In this document: piece by piece, positions 9,830 through 17,287 of the stretch | How the letters are laid out: every line of letters begins with the position of its first letter | Numbering within the stretch: position 1 is the first letter of the stretch | NCBI RefSeq assembly: GCF_000621645.1 | Contig: NZ_KK211323.1 | Location: forward strand, 124,947-156,946 | Direction of reading: 5' to 3' | Source of the DNA: Vibrio cholerae ATCC 14035 | Lineage (GTDB): Bacteria > Pseudomonadota > Gammaproteobacteria > Enterobacterales > Vibrionaceae | Length of the DNA stretch: 32,000 nt | The notes under the pieces: generated by a model | What the model was told of the DNA's origin: nothing | Databases searched by the model: none | What the model saw: only the letters and a program-made list of their open reading frames with translations | Translations under genes and position numbers: made by a program

Positions 9830-10435
9830 TTACCAATCGACCCCTTTAAGGGCTTTCACGCCGGATTCGAAAGCGTGCTTGATGTTTTTCACTTCAGAAA
9901 CCGTATCGGCCATCTCAATCAAAGTGCGGTGTGCGCCGCGCCCCGTGATGATCACCGATTGCATTTTCGGACGCTGATTGAGTGCTTCGACCACTTCATC
10001 CAACTCGATGTAACCGTAGCTCACCATGTAAGTGAGCTCATCAAACAGCACCACATCCAGCGATTCATCCTGCAACATGCGTTTGCAGTGTTGCCATACT
10101 TCTTGTGCCGCTGCGGTATCGCTGTCGCGGTTCTGGGTTTCCCAAGTAAAGCCAGTCGACATGACTTGAAATTCAACGCCGAGCTTTTCTAAAAGATTAC
10201 GCTCACCATTCTCCCAAGTGCCTTTGATAAACTGAGCCACCGCACACTGTTTACCGTGACCTACCGCGCGCGCAATGGTGCCAAAACCTGAGGTCGATTT
10301 TCCTTTACCATTGCCAGTAATAATCAGCAGCAACCCTTTTTCTTCTTGAGCGGCGGCAATTTTGGCATCCACTTGCTCTTTGACTTTTTGTTGACGAGCT
10401 TTGTGACGCTCTTGTTTGATTTCATCGCCGGACAT
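9830..10435 (-). CDS. cobO: Cob(I)yrinic acid a,c-diamide (corrinoid) adenosyltransferase
   Basis: Start MSGDEIKQERHKARQQKVKEQV aligns with the E. coli BtuR N-terminus. Shared motifs include the P-loop GNGKGKST and QFIKGTW..GE, FTWETQ, DELTY. The track ORF is over-extended by 68 codons across the divergent gene. Confidence 0.9.
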   Translation of the reverse strand: MSGDEIKQERHKARQQKVKEQVDAKIAAAQEEKGLLLIITGNGKGKSTSGFGTIARAVGHGKQCAVAQFIKGTWENGERNLLEKLGVEFQVMSTGFTWETQNRDSDTAAAQEVWQHCKRMLQDESLDVVLFDELTYMVSYGYIELDEVVEALNQRPKMQSVIITGRGAHRTLIEMADTVSEVKNIKHAFESGVKALKGVDW

Positions 10436-10520
10436 GGCAAATCCTTTTTCAATCTGAAACTTGTCGCTATGATAGCCCAACTCGTCAGTGGCAAACACCA
10501 AACAAAAATAGGGATATAAG

Positions 10521-10988
10521 ATGCAGAAGGTACTCGTGGTGTGCATGGGCAATATTTGCCGTTCTCCGACCGCAGAAGCGGTATTGCGTGCTAAGGCGGC
10601 ACAACTCAAGGTTGATGTGGAAGTCGATTCAGCAGGCACGATTGGGTATCACCAAGGGAATCCACCGGATGCACGCTCAAAAGCGGCAGGAGAGAAGCGG
10701 GGATACTCATTTTCTGGCATCAAAGCGCGAAAGATCCGCGATGAAGATTTTGTGAAATTTGATTGGATTTTAGCCGCAGACCAAGAAAATTTAGCTGAGC
10801 TGAAAGCTCGCTGCCCTCAATCCCATCAACATAAGCTGTCATTGATGCTCAGCCACAGTGACTCGGAATACCAAGAAATTCCGGACCCTTACTATGGTGG
10901 TGAACGCGGTTTTGAGCTGGTGCTCGATTTGGTTGAAGACGCGGCAGAGCAGTTTTTACTGAAACTAAAACAGCAAGGCCAGCATTAA
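10521..10988 (+). CDS. Low-molecular-weight protein-tyrosine phosphatase
   Basis: The CX5R(S/T) active site VCMGNICRSP lies at the N-terminus, a DPYYG motif supplies the acid Asp, and the length is 155 aa. Confidence 0.85.
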   Translation: MQKVLVVCMGNICRSPTAEAVLRAKAAQLKVDVEVDSAGTIGYHQGNPPDARSKAAGEKRGYSFSGIKARKIRDEDFVKFDWILAADQENLAELKARCPQSHQHKLSLMLSHSDSEYQEIPDPYYGGERGFELVLDLVEDAAEQFLLKLKQQGQH

Positions 10989-11014
10989 GCTGGCCTCGAT
11001 AAAGTAGAATGACC

Positions 11015-12313
11015 TTAGAAGCGGTAGTTCGCTTGAACACCGATCAGCCATACATTGCCTGATACATTGCCCGTAAATGCACCACCGATTGCGGCTGCAG
11101 TTTGGTCTGAAGCGTCACGAGGTTCGTTGATGGTGGCATCTTTCGCAAAGATATAGGTAAAACCGGCATCGAGAGTCAGTTGTGGCGTTGCAACATAACT
11201 ACCGCCGACACTTACCCAAGTACGGTCTGTTTCCGGGATGGTTGCTGTGCGGTTTTTATCGTCTACCGCTGATGTGTCGTATGCGACGCCCGCACGCAGA
11301 GCGAGTTTAGCATCGTATTGATACGTTGTGCCCAAAGCAAAGCGGTAGTTGTCTTCCCAGTTTTCTGATTTGATGAGGTCAGATTTTTCTGGGAACACAG
11401 CTGTCAACTCTTTGAATGAACTCCAATCTGTCCAGTTAATGCTAGCGTGAATCGCCCACTGGTCATTGAGTTGGTGGAAGCTTGCCAGTTCAGCCGTCGC
11501 CGGTAGAGTCACAGACATCATGCCGGGTTTATAACTACCGTAACTGACTCCTTCTGCATGGCCTTCAAAATCCATCACCACTTCCGATTTATAGGCGAAA
11601 CCTACGCGGTGATCTTGATTGATTTGCCATGCGCTGCCTACTTGCCAACCCCAAGAGTTATCTTCACCTTCCATATATTTTAATGTTGTACCTTTAGGTA
11701 AAGTCATGACGTTGTTAGTAATAGGATGACGAATCAGATTTTTTGCTGGCGCAGTTGCACCGAAATGACCTTCACCCATCACATAACGCACACCGCCACC
11801 AATACTCAATTGAGGCAAGATTTGGTAAGCAATATTGAGGTTCGCTTCTTTGCTGATCACGCTCGCTTGGCTGCCAAAGTGAGAGGCTGCAAACTCAGTA
11901 CCCAGATCCGTTTCCATACCGTAGTTAGTACCAAGAGCAAAACCCAGTGCCACTTGTTCGTTTAAATGGTGTGACAGGTAGAAATTCGGAATCACTGCAT
12001 CGTGGGCAAAATCGTTTGAAGATGCGTGAGTTTTACCTAGTTGTGCGTGGTTTACTGTACCCTCAACATCCACGTTTGGATTCACGTAAATTGCGCCGGC
12101 AGAAACTTGAGTGCCCTCTAAATAGGTCAGCATTGCAGGGTTGCGCCATTGTGCGCTGGCATTGTCTGCCATCGCGGCTTCACCGGCGTAAGCACGGCCA
12201 AGACCCGTTGCTGAATATTCAGCAAGCTGGAAACCTGCCGCTTGAGTAAAGGTAGAAACGCTGGCTAAACCGAAAGCCACAGCACAGGAGAGGAGAGTCT
12301 TATTGGTTTTCAT
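11015..12313 (-). CDS. fadL: Long-chain fatty acid outer-membrane transporter FadL, paralog 1
   Basis: Signal peptide ...TFTQA|AGFQL. The FadL/TodX N-terminal hatch motif AGFQL..SATGLGRAYAG is present, along with beta-barrel alternating patterns and a C-terminal aromatic residue (ANYRF). Confidence 0.9.
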   Translation of the reverse strand: MKTNKTLLSCAVAFGLASVSTFTQAAGFQLAEYSATGLGRAYAGEAAMADNASAQWRNPAMLTYLEGTQVSAGAIYVNPNVDVEGTVNHAQLGKTHASSNDFAHDAVIPNFYLSHHLNEQVALGFALGTNYGMETDLGTEFAASHFGSQASVISKEANLNIAYQILPQLSIGGGVRYVMGEGHFGATAPAKNLIRHPITNNVMTLPKGTTLKYMEGEDNSWGWQVGSAWQINQDHRVGFAYKSEVVMDFEGHAEGVSYGSYKPGMMSVTLPATAELASFHQLNDQWAIHASINWTDWSSFKELTAVFPEKSDLIKSENWEDNYRFALGTTYQYDAKLALRAGVAYDTSAVDDKNRTATIPETDRTWVSVGGSYVATPQLTLDAGFTYIFAKDATINEPRDASDQTAAAIGGAFTGNVSGNVWLIGVQANYRF

Positions 12314-12556
12314 TGGGATTGTTCGCTGAAATTTGCTGGTTTTTGTTGCGGCAAGTCTACGGCTAGAGCAATTGCTTTAAAACTTCAAATCAATGAAAGT
12401 GCAGGATTTGAAGTTTTAGCCTGTAAAATTGATATTTTATAGATGATATTTCTATTTATTAAACAAAGGTTATTAAAGGTTCAGCGTACAGATGTAGTGA
12501 TATTGAGGTGGTTAATCGCACGCTTGTACGCTGACATTAAGCAAAACTAGGCAGTC

Positions 12557-12588
12557 AGCAAAAGAAAGGGGCTGATAAATCAGCCCCT
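12557..12588 (-). terminator. Rho-independent terminator of fadL paralog 2
   Basis: Hairpin aggggctga (12567-12575) / tcagcccct (12580-12588). On the - strand it is followed by tttcttttgc. Confidence 0.75.
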
Positions 12589-12615
12589 TAGTAATGATAT
12601 GTTGTGACGTTTTAA

Positions 12616-13902
12616 TTAAAACGTACGGCTGTATTGTAAGCCCAACAGGATTGCGTCTGCGTGGGTTGTTGCGGTTAGCTTAGAACCCGCATCATTTTCG
12701 GAAACTGCGACATCTTTACCCATTAAGTAAGTAAATCCAAAGTCTACGTTTGATTTGTCATCGATGTTATAGGTAAAACCTGCTGATAACCACTGGCGAT
12801 CTGAATCAGGAACAGAGATAGAAGTACGTGAATCTTGTGCGCTAGTATCGTACATATAGCCTGCACGCAGTGTCCAATCACTATTTAAGTAGTATGTGCC
12901 ACCGATAGAGTAGTGCCAGCCATCTTGCCACTCATACATCTTATCGTAGCTGCCTTTGGTTAGAGCGCCAACAGAAGAGCGAGACGTTACAAGGTTGCGG
13001 AACTCAATTTTGTCGAAAGCACTCCAGCCAATCCACTGTACGCTATAGTGTACGGCAAACTGAGTATTCTCAATTTTGTGGAAGCCAGAGAACTCAGCGA
13101 TATCCGGTAGTGGTAGCGTGATCTCTTGTCCGTAATCGTCTTTAGCTTTAAATTCTGGGCTATAGCGGTAAGACAAACCAAAGCGGTTATTCTCATCCAT
13201 TTCGTAAACTGTACCCAAGTTAAAACCTACTGCCCAACCATCCGCTTTATCGACGTTGAGTAGTGATGTGCCTCGAGCTGGGATAACGGTCGTCGGGTTC
13301 ACCACAATTGTACTTGCTGGGAAACTGGTTCCGGCAATACGTTTCATGGTGCCTTGCCCATAAATCAGGTCTAAACCAGCACCGAAACTCCATTCTTTGT
13401 TGACGCGATAAGAACCTGCTAGGCCTAAGTTAAAGCTTTTAACGTCAGTTAAGCCACCGTATTCAGAGGCTGGATAAGAATCAGAAAACTCAGTTTTTGT
13501 ACCAAAGTTTGAATAAGCATTAACCCCCCAAGCAAACTGTTCATTGACTGGAACGATCAAATGAATATTAGGTGCAACGGAAGTACCACCTACGTCATCC
13601 GTGTCTTGAACAGAAACTGAGTTACCGAGAACACCTCGATAAGAGACATCTTTAACGTCAATCATGGTGGTAATGGTTTCAAAACCAAGAGAGAGCGCCA
13701 TCTCATCAAACAGTGCCATCGCCGCTGGGTTGCGAGACATTACGGCTGCGTTATCGGCGATAACGGCATCACCCGCAAAAGCGCGACCTAGGCCGGTAGC
13801 AGATTGTGCGTTGAGCTGGAAACCTGCTGCAAACGCTTGTTGTGTGGCTAGCGTTACCGTCACGGCAAGCAGGGATTTTTTAAACAGACGCATGTTGTTC
13901 AT
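12616..13902 (-). CDS. fadL: Long-chain fatty acid outer-membrane transporter FadL, paralog 2
   Basis: Signal peptide ...QQAFA|AGFQL. It carries the same hatch motif (AGFQLNAQSATGLGRAFAG) and the C-terminal QYSRTF. It is only roughly one-third identical by eye to paralog 1. An AAGGA SD lies 8 nt upstream of the ATG at 13902. Confidence 0.9.
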   Translation of the reverse strand: MNNMRLFKKSLLAVTVTLATQQAFAAGFQLNAQSATGLGRAFAGDAVIADNAAVMSRNPAAMALFDEMALSLGFETITTMIDVKDVSYRGVLGNSVSVQDTDDVGGTSVAPNIHLIVPVNEQFAWGVNAYSNFGTKTEFSDSYPASEYGGLTDVKSFNLGLAGSYRVNKEWSFGAGLDLIYGQGTMKRIAGTSFPASTIVVNPTTVIPARGTSLLNVDKADGWAVGFNLGTVYEMDENNRFGLSYRYSPEFKAKDDYGQEITLPLPDIAEFSGFHKIENTQFAVHYSVQWIGWSAFDKIEFRNLVTSRSSVGALTKGSYDKMYEWQDGWHYSIGGTYYLNSDWTLRAGYMYDTSAQDSRTSISVPDSDRQWLSAGFTYNIDDKSNVDFGFTYLMGKDVAVSENDAGSKLTATTHADAILLGLQYSRTF

Positions 13903-14079
13903 TAGACTTTTCCTTTTTGGTTTCGCCTCTTATGGGCGTTGTTGTATGAGCTTTTGCTTTATTTGAGCAATTGCTCAGTGGTGGCTGATCCTAGACGCTA
14001 GTATAGGAGATAGAAATCCGACCATTGTCTAATTGAGCGAGAAAATTACTGAAATGATGGCTATTTGGCAGGAATTTAG

Positions 14080-14108
14080 GCGAAAACTCTAAAACTTAGA
14101 GTTTTCGC
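14080..14108. terminator. Perfect 13-bp hairpin downstream of the anti-sigma gene; possible operon terminator with an orientation puzzle
   Basis: Arms gcgaaaactctaa (14080-14092) / ttagagttttcgc (14096-14108) with a 3-nt loop. The T-rich tail (tctatttt) is on the + strand, while the upstream gene is on the - strand, where the tail reads ctaaattcc. Confidence 0.45.
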
Positions 14109-14161
14109 TCTATTTTAACTATTCACAACAATGCGTCAGTGTCATGTTGAGTATGCAAAAA

Positions 14162-14893
14162 TCAGATGGATGATTGGATCATGGGCATGAGCTTATTGGC
14201 AATGTTGGTCAGGTTTTCATCCTTCTCACCGACCAAGATCAAACTGGCATTTCCGACGGGTTCAATGATGCCTGCCATCCCTTCTTGCTTGAATAGGCTG
14301 CTTTGTGCGCTGTGGATGGGCGTAAAGAACAGAGTTACTTTGCCTTTTTCACCTTGAAATACCATATGTACGGCATTGTCTTTACCAAAACCACAATGGT
14401 TGAGGTAATAGACGTGATAAGGAAAATCGCCTTCCATTTTGTAGGCAAAAGGCCGCATCTTGGCATTGATTTGCTGCATGTCCGCTTGTTCATCCAATCG
14501 GTTGACGAACCCTTCTTCATGGATGACATGTTGCACCGCCATGTCAGACAGGCTGGCTTGCGCGGGAGAGATCAAAAGGTTGCCCCACTGGATTTGTCCA
14601 ACAAGCAGCCCAGCAGTAAAGGCAACCGATGCCGCGATCGCCATGGCTTTTCGAACAAACTGCGGGCGGATGACTTTCTCATCTTCCACTAAAGTCGTTT
14701 GTTTGAATAAAATTTTATCGGCCAAATCATCCGGCACATCGACTTTGAAGGCCTGAGCGATCTGCTTATCGAGCTGAAGTACATCATCGACAAACTTAGC
14801 GTTAGCCTCACTTGAGGTCATCATATCCAGTGTGTCGTTATCGCGCTGTTTAGGATCAGACATGACTTTGCGGCGAAATTCCAGTTCATCCAT
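14162..14893 (-). CDS. Putative anti-sigma factor, single-pass membrane protein (DUF3379-like)
   Basis: The ATG at 14893 overlaps the sigma gene stop (ATGGATGA). The start MDELEFRRKVMSDP is typical, as I recall, of DUF3379 proteins. A central TM helix AMAIAASVAFTAGLLVGQI is followed by a periplasmic domain of about 130 aa. There is no HxxxCxxC zinc motif. Confidence 0.7.
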   Translation of the reverse strand: MDELEFRRKVMSDPKQRDNDTLDMMTSSEANAKFVDDVLQLDKQIAQAFKVDVPDDLADKILFKQTTLVEDEKVIRPQFVRKAMAIAASVAFTAGLLVGQIQWGNLLISPAQASLSDMAVQHVIHEEGFVNRLDEQADMQQINAKMRPFAYKMEGDFPYHVYYLNHCGFGKDNAVHMVFQGEKGKVTLFFTPIHSAQSSLFKQEGMAGIIEPVGNASLILVGEKDENLTNIANKLMPMIQSSI

Positions 14894-15452
14894 TTTGCTG
14901 CTCCGGGTAGTGTTCTGAACCATCCATCATCTCTTTAAGTTGGTTACGTGCTCTAAACAAACGGGTCATCACCGTATTTTTATTCAGTGAAAGGATGTCT
15001 GCGATCTCCTCACCACTGAATCCGCCCACCACTTGTAGAAAGAGGGGCTCGCGATATTCGACATCCAACTTCAAAATTTGCCTTTGCAGCCACTCATTTT
15101 GATGGTGCTCATCATCGCTATATTTGGCTTCGTAGTCGTGATCGTCGATATCGACTAAGTCAAACTGTTTACGCTCAAAGCGGCGAGCATTTTCTCGGCG
15201 CAAAATCGTAATTAGCCAAGCTTTGGCTGCTTTTTCATCCAGCAGGCTATCGAGCGATTTCCACGCTCTCAAGCAGGTTTCTTGCACCAAGTCTTCGGCA
15301 ATCGAGCGATCTTTACACAACCAATAGGCGTATCGGTAAAGGTCGCGATGATAAGCTCGCACCAGTGCTTCGTATTTTCTTTGTCTGTCCATGTCATTAT
15401 TGACCGGACGTTGGGAAACTTTCTTTCCAAACAGATTCAATATCGACACCAA
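14886..15452 (-). CDS. ECF-subfamily RNA polymerase sigma-70 factor
   Basis: Region 2 (DLYRYAYWLCKDRSIAEDLVQETCLRAW) and the region 4 HTH (SGEEIADILSLNKNTVMTRLFRARNQL) are present. A TTG (15452) or GTG (15449) start follows the AGGGAG SD. The first ATG (15392, MDRQRKYE) lacks an SD, so the start is uncertain by about 20 codons. Confidence 0.85.
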   Translation of the reverse strand: MVSILNLFGKKVSQRPVNNDMDRQRKYEALVRAYHRDLYRYAYWLCKDRSIAEDLVQETCLRAWKSLDSLLDEKAAKAWLITILRRENARRFERKQFDLVDIDDHDYEAKYSDDEHHQNEWLQRQILKLDVEYREPLFLQVVGGFSGEEIADILSLNKNTVMTRLFRARNQLKEMMDGSEHYPEQQNG

Positions 15453-15806
15453 GGACTCCCTGTATGCGTCGTGTTATTCCAATTCATTTTGCCAAACTCC
15501 TGTTGCGCTATGCGGTTTGACTCGAAGATGGTGATAGGACAGAAATTATGCGAAGGAGTTCACGACTTATGAAGTTTCAGCGCGTTATGGCTCTCTATCT
15601 CAACAAGTCGTTTAATCGCATTAAACTTGATCTAATTCAAAATCTCATACTCTGAAGCCGTTATAGTAGCTCCTGTCATCTCGTTAGTCATTACGACTGA
15701 CATTGTTGAGCAAAGATGACACTTCCTTTTGAAGGCTGACTTTACTTTCTCCTAATCAGGAAACTGATTTTTCAATTGGCGTAAGTTAATTGCTTTACCC
15801 ATTCCG

Positions 15807-15834
15807 ACCACACAGTTCTGTGTGGTTTTTTTTT
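15807..15834 (+). terminator. Strong orphan rho-independent terminator (+ strand) upstream of the fadIJ promoter
   Basis: Stem accacaca (15807-15814) / tgtgtggt (15819-15826) with loop gttc, followed by an uninterrupted T9 run. No + strand gene is annotated upstream. On the - strand it lacks a U-tail. Confidence 0.7.
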
Positions 15835-15915
15835 GCAAAAAATCCTACCAACACCGGTTTGCCAGTGTTTTTCATCTCGAAAGGATTGTTTAAATCACGA
15901 TTATTTAAACGGCCG

Positions 15916-15963
15916 TTTGATTTGTTTAACATTCTCGTTACAATGCGCCAGGTCAGACCTCTT
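15916..15963 (+). promoter_or_regulatory. fadIJ promoter with an overlapping FadR-like operator
   Basis: The -35 is ttgatt (15917-15922) and the -10 is tacaat (15939-15944). The perfect palindrome AGGTCAGACCT (15950-15960) sits within gccaggtcagacctctt, which resembles the E. coli FadR operator core (CTGGTCNGACNTGTT) and overlaps the predicted +1. Confidence 0.5.
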
Positions 15964-15979
15964 ATTCGAAGGAGAAATC

Positions 15980-17287
15980 ATGGGCAAACAAGAAGTCAGG
16001 ACTCGTTCTGGAGAACGAGTGGCGATTGTGGCCGGGCTACGTACGCCGTTTGCGCGTCAAAGCACCGAGTTTGGTCAAGTACCCGCAGTCGATCTCGGCA
16101 AAATGGTAGTACAAGAGATGATGGCTCGCACCGCTATCGATCCTAAATTAATTGAGCAAGTGGTGTTTGGCCAAGTGGTACAGATGCCAGAAGCGCCGAA
16201 TATTGCTCGAGAAATTGTACTAGGTACCGGAATGTCGATTAACACGGATGCCTACAGCGTTACTCGCGCTTGCGCCACCAGTTTTCAAGCCGCCGTCAAT
16301 GTGGCCGAAAGTATCATGGCTGGCAGCATAGATATTGGTATTGCAGGTGGTGCGGATTCTTCTTCTGTTCTGCCGATTGGTGTTTCTAAAAAACTGGCGG
16401 CTTCTTTATTAGCCTTGAGTAAAACTAAGACGGTCGGGCAGAAACTTAAACTGCTCAGTAACCTCTCTTTTAAAGACTTGATGCCCGTACCTCCTGCGGT
16501 CGCGGAATATTCAACGGGTCTTTCGATGGGGCAAACTGCTGAGCAGATGGCCAAAAGCTATGCGATTTCGCGCGCTGAGCAAGATGCGTTAGCACATCGT
16601 TCACATACTTTAGCGGCTCAAGCATGGACAGAGGGCAAAATTCGCGATGAAGTGATGACGGCTTTTCCTGAGCCATACAAAAAATGGCTGGATATGGATA
16701 ACAACATTCGCATGGACTCCAAGCTAGAGAGCTATGCTAAGTTGCGTCCTGCCTTTGACCGTCAATACGGTTCGGTGACCGCAGCAAACTCAACCCCACT
16801 GACGGATGGCGCCGCCGCGATTATGTTGATGCGTGAAGGTAAAGCGAAAGAGCTTGGTCTTGAGATCATGGGGTATATCCGCTCTTATGCGTTTGCCGCG
16901 ATTGGCGTAGAAAAAGATATGCTGATGGGGCCTTCTTACGCCACTCCGATAGCCTTGGATCGCGCAGGCATCACCTTAAATGATCTCACTTTGATTGATA
17001 TGCACGAAGCCTTTGCCGCGCAAACCTTAGCGAACTTGAAGATGTTCGCCAGTGACAAGTTTGCTCAAGAGCAGCTAGGTCGCGCACAAGCGATTGGTGA
17101 AGTGGATATGAGTAAATTTAACGTGCTGGGTGGCTCACTGGCTTATGGTCACCCATTCGCGGCAACAGGTGCGCGTATGATCACTCAAACTTTGCGTGAA
17201 TTAAAACGTCGTGGCGGTGGTTTAGCCTTAAATACGGCTTGTGCTGCGGGTGGCTTAGGCGCTGCTATGATTCTGGAGGTGGAATAA
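15980..17287 (+). CDS. fadI: 3-ketoacyl-CoA thiolase (anaerobic-type beta-oxidation complex, beta subunit)
   Basis: ATG at 15980 follows [30 protein letters not shown] matches the FadI-type N-terminus. Thiolase active-site contexts are present (RACATS Cys, GHPFAATG, C-terminal CAAGG). The track ORF start at 15833 runs through a terminator and a promoter. Confidence 0.95.
   Translation: MGKQEVRTRSGERVAIVAGLRTPFARQSTEFGQVPAVDLGKMVVQEMMARTAIDPKLIEQVVFGQVVQMPEAPNIAREIVLGTGMSINTDAYSVTRACATSFQAAVNVAESIMAGSIDIGIAGGADSSSVLPIGVSKKLAASLLALSKTKTVGQKLKLLSNLSFKDLMPVPPAVAEYSTGLSMGQTAEQMAKSYAISRAEQDALAHRSHTLAAQAWTEGKIRDEVMTAFPEPYKKWLDMDNNIRMDSKLESYAKLRPAFDRQYGSVTAANSTPLTDGAAAIMLMREGKAKELGLEIMGYIRSYAFAAIGVEKDMLMGPSYATPIALDRAGITLNDLTLIDMHEAFAAQTLANLKMFASDKFAQEQLGRAQAIGEVDMSKFNVLGGSLAYGHPFAATGARMITQTLRELKRRGGGLALNTACAAGGLGAAMILEVE

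Noticed and set aside
10436-10639. 68-codon extension of the cobO track ORF overlapping the tyrosine phosphatase gene start
   Set aside because: Homology to BtuR/CobO begins at MSGDEIKQ (10435). The extension is Ser/Thr/Cys-rich, with no homology or SD.
10976-10996. Hairpin aggccagc / gctggcct overlapping the phosphatase stop codon, as a terminator between convergent genes
   Set aside because: It is an 8-bp stem with no U-tail on either strand, in a gap of only 26 bp. It may be a weak or tail-less terminator, but support is insufficient.
15517-15550. Sigma-70 promoter for the candidate + strand transcript (TTGACT at 15517-15522)
   Set aside because: It has a good -35 but no acceptable -10 at 16-18 bp. 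The nearest TA-rich hexamer, aattat, is 21 bp away. It is not reported as a feature.
15833-15979. 49-codon N-terminal extension of the fadI track ORF, and the 118-aa ORF at 15790-16146
   Set aside because: The extension begins inside the T9 tail of a terminator and crosses the predicted fadIJ promoter and operator. The ATG at 15980 has a GGAG SD and matches FadI N-termini.
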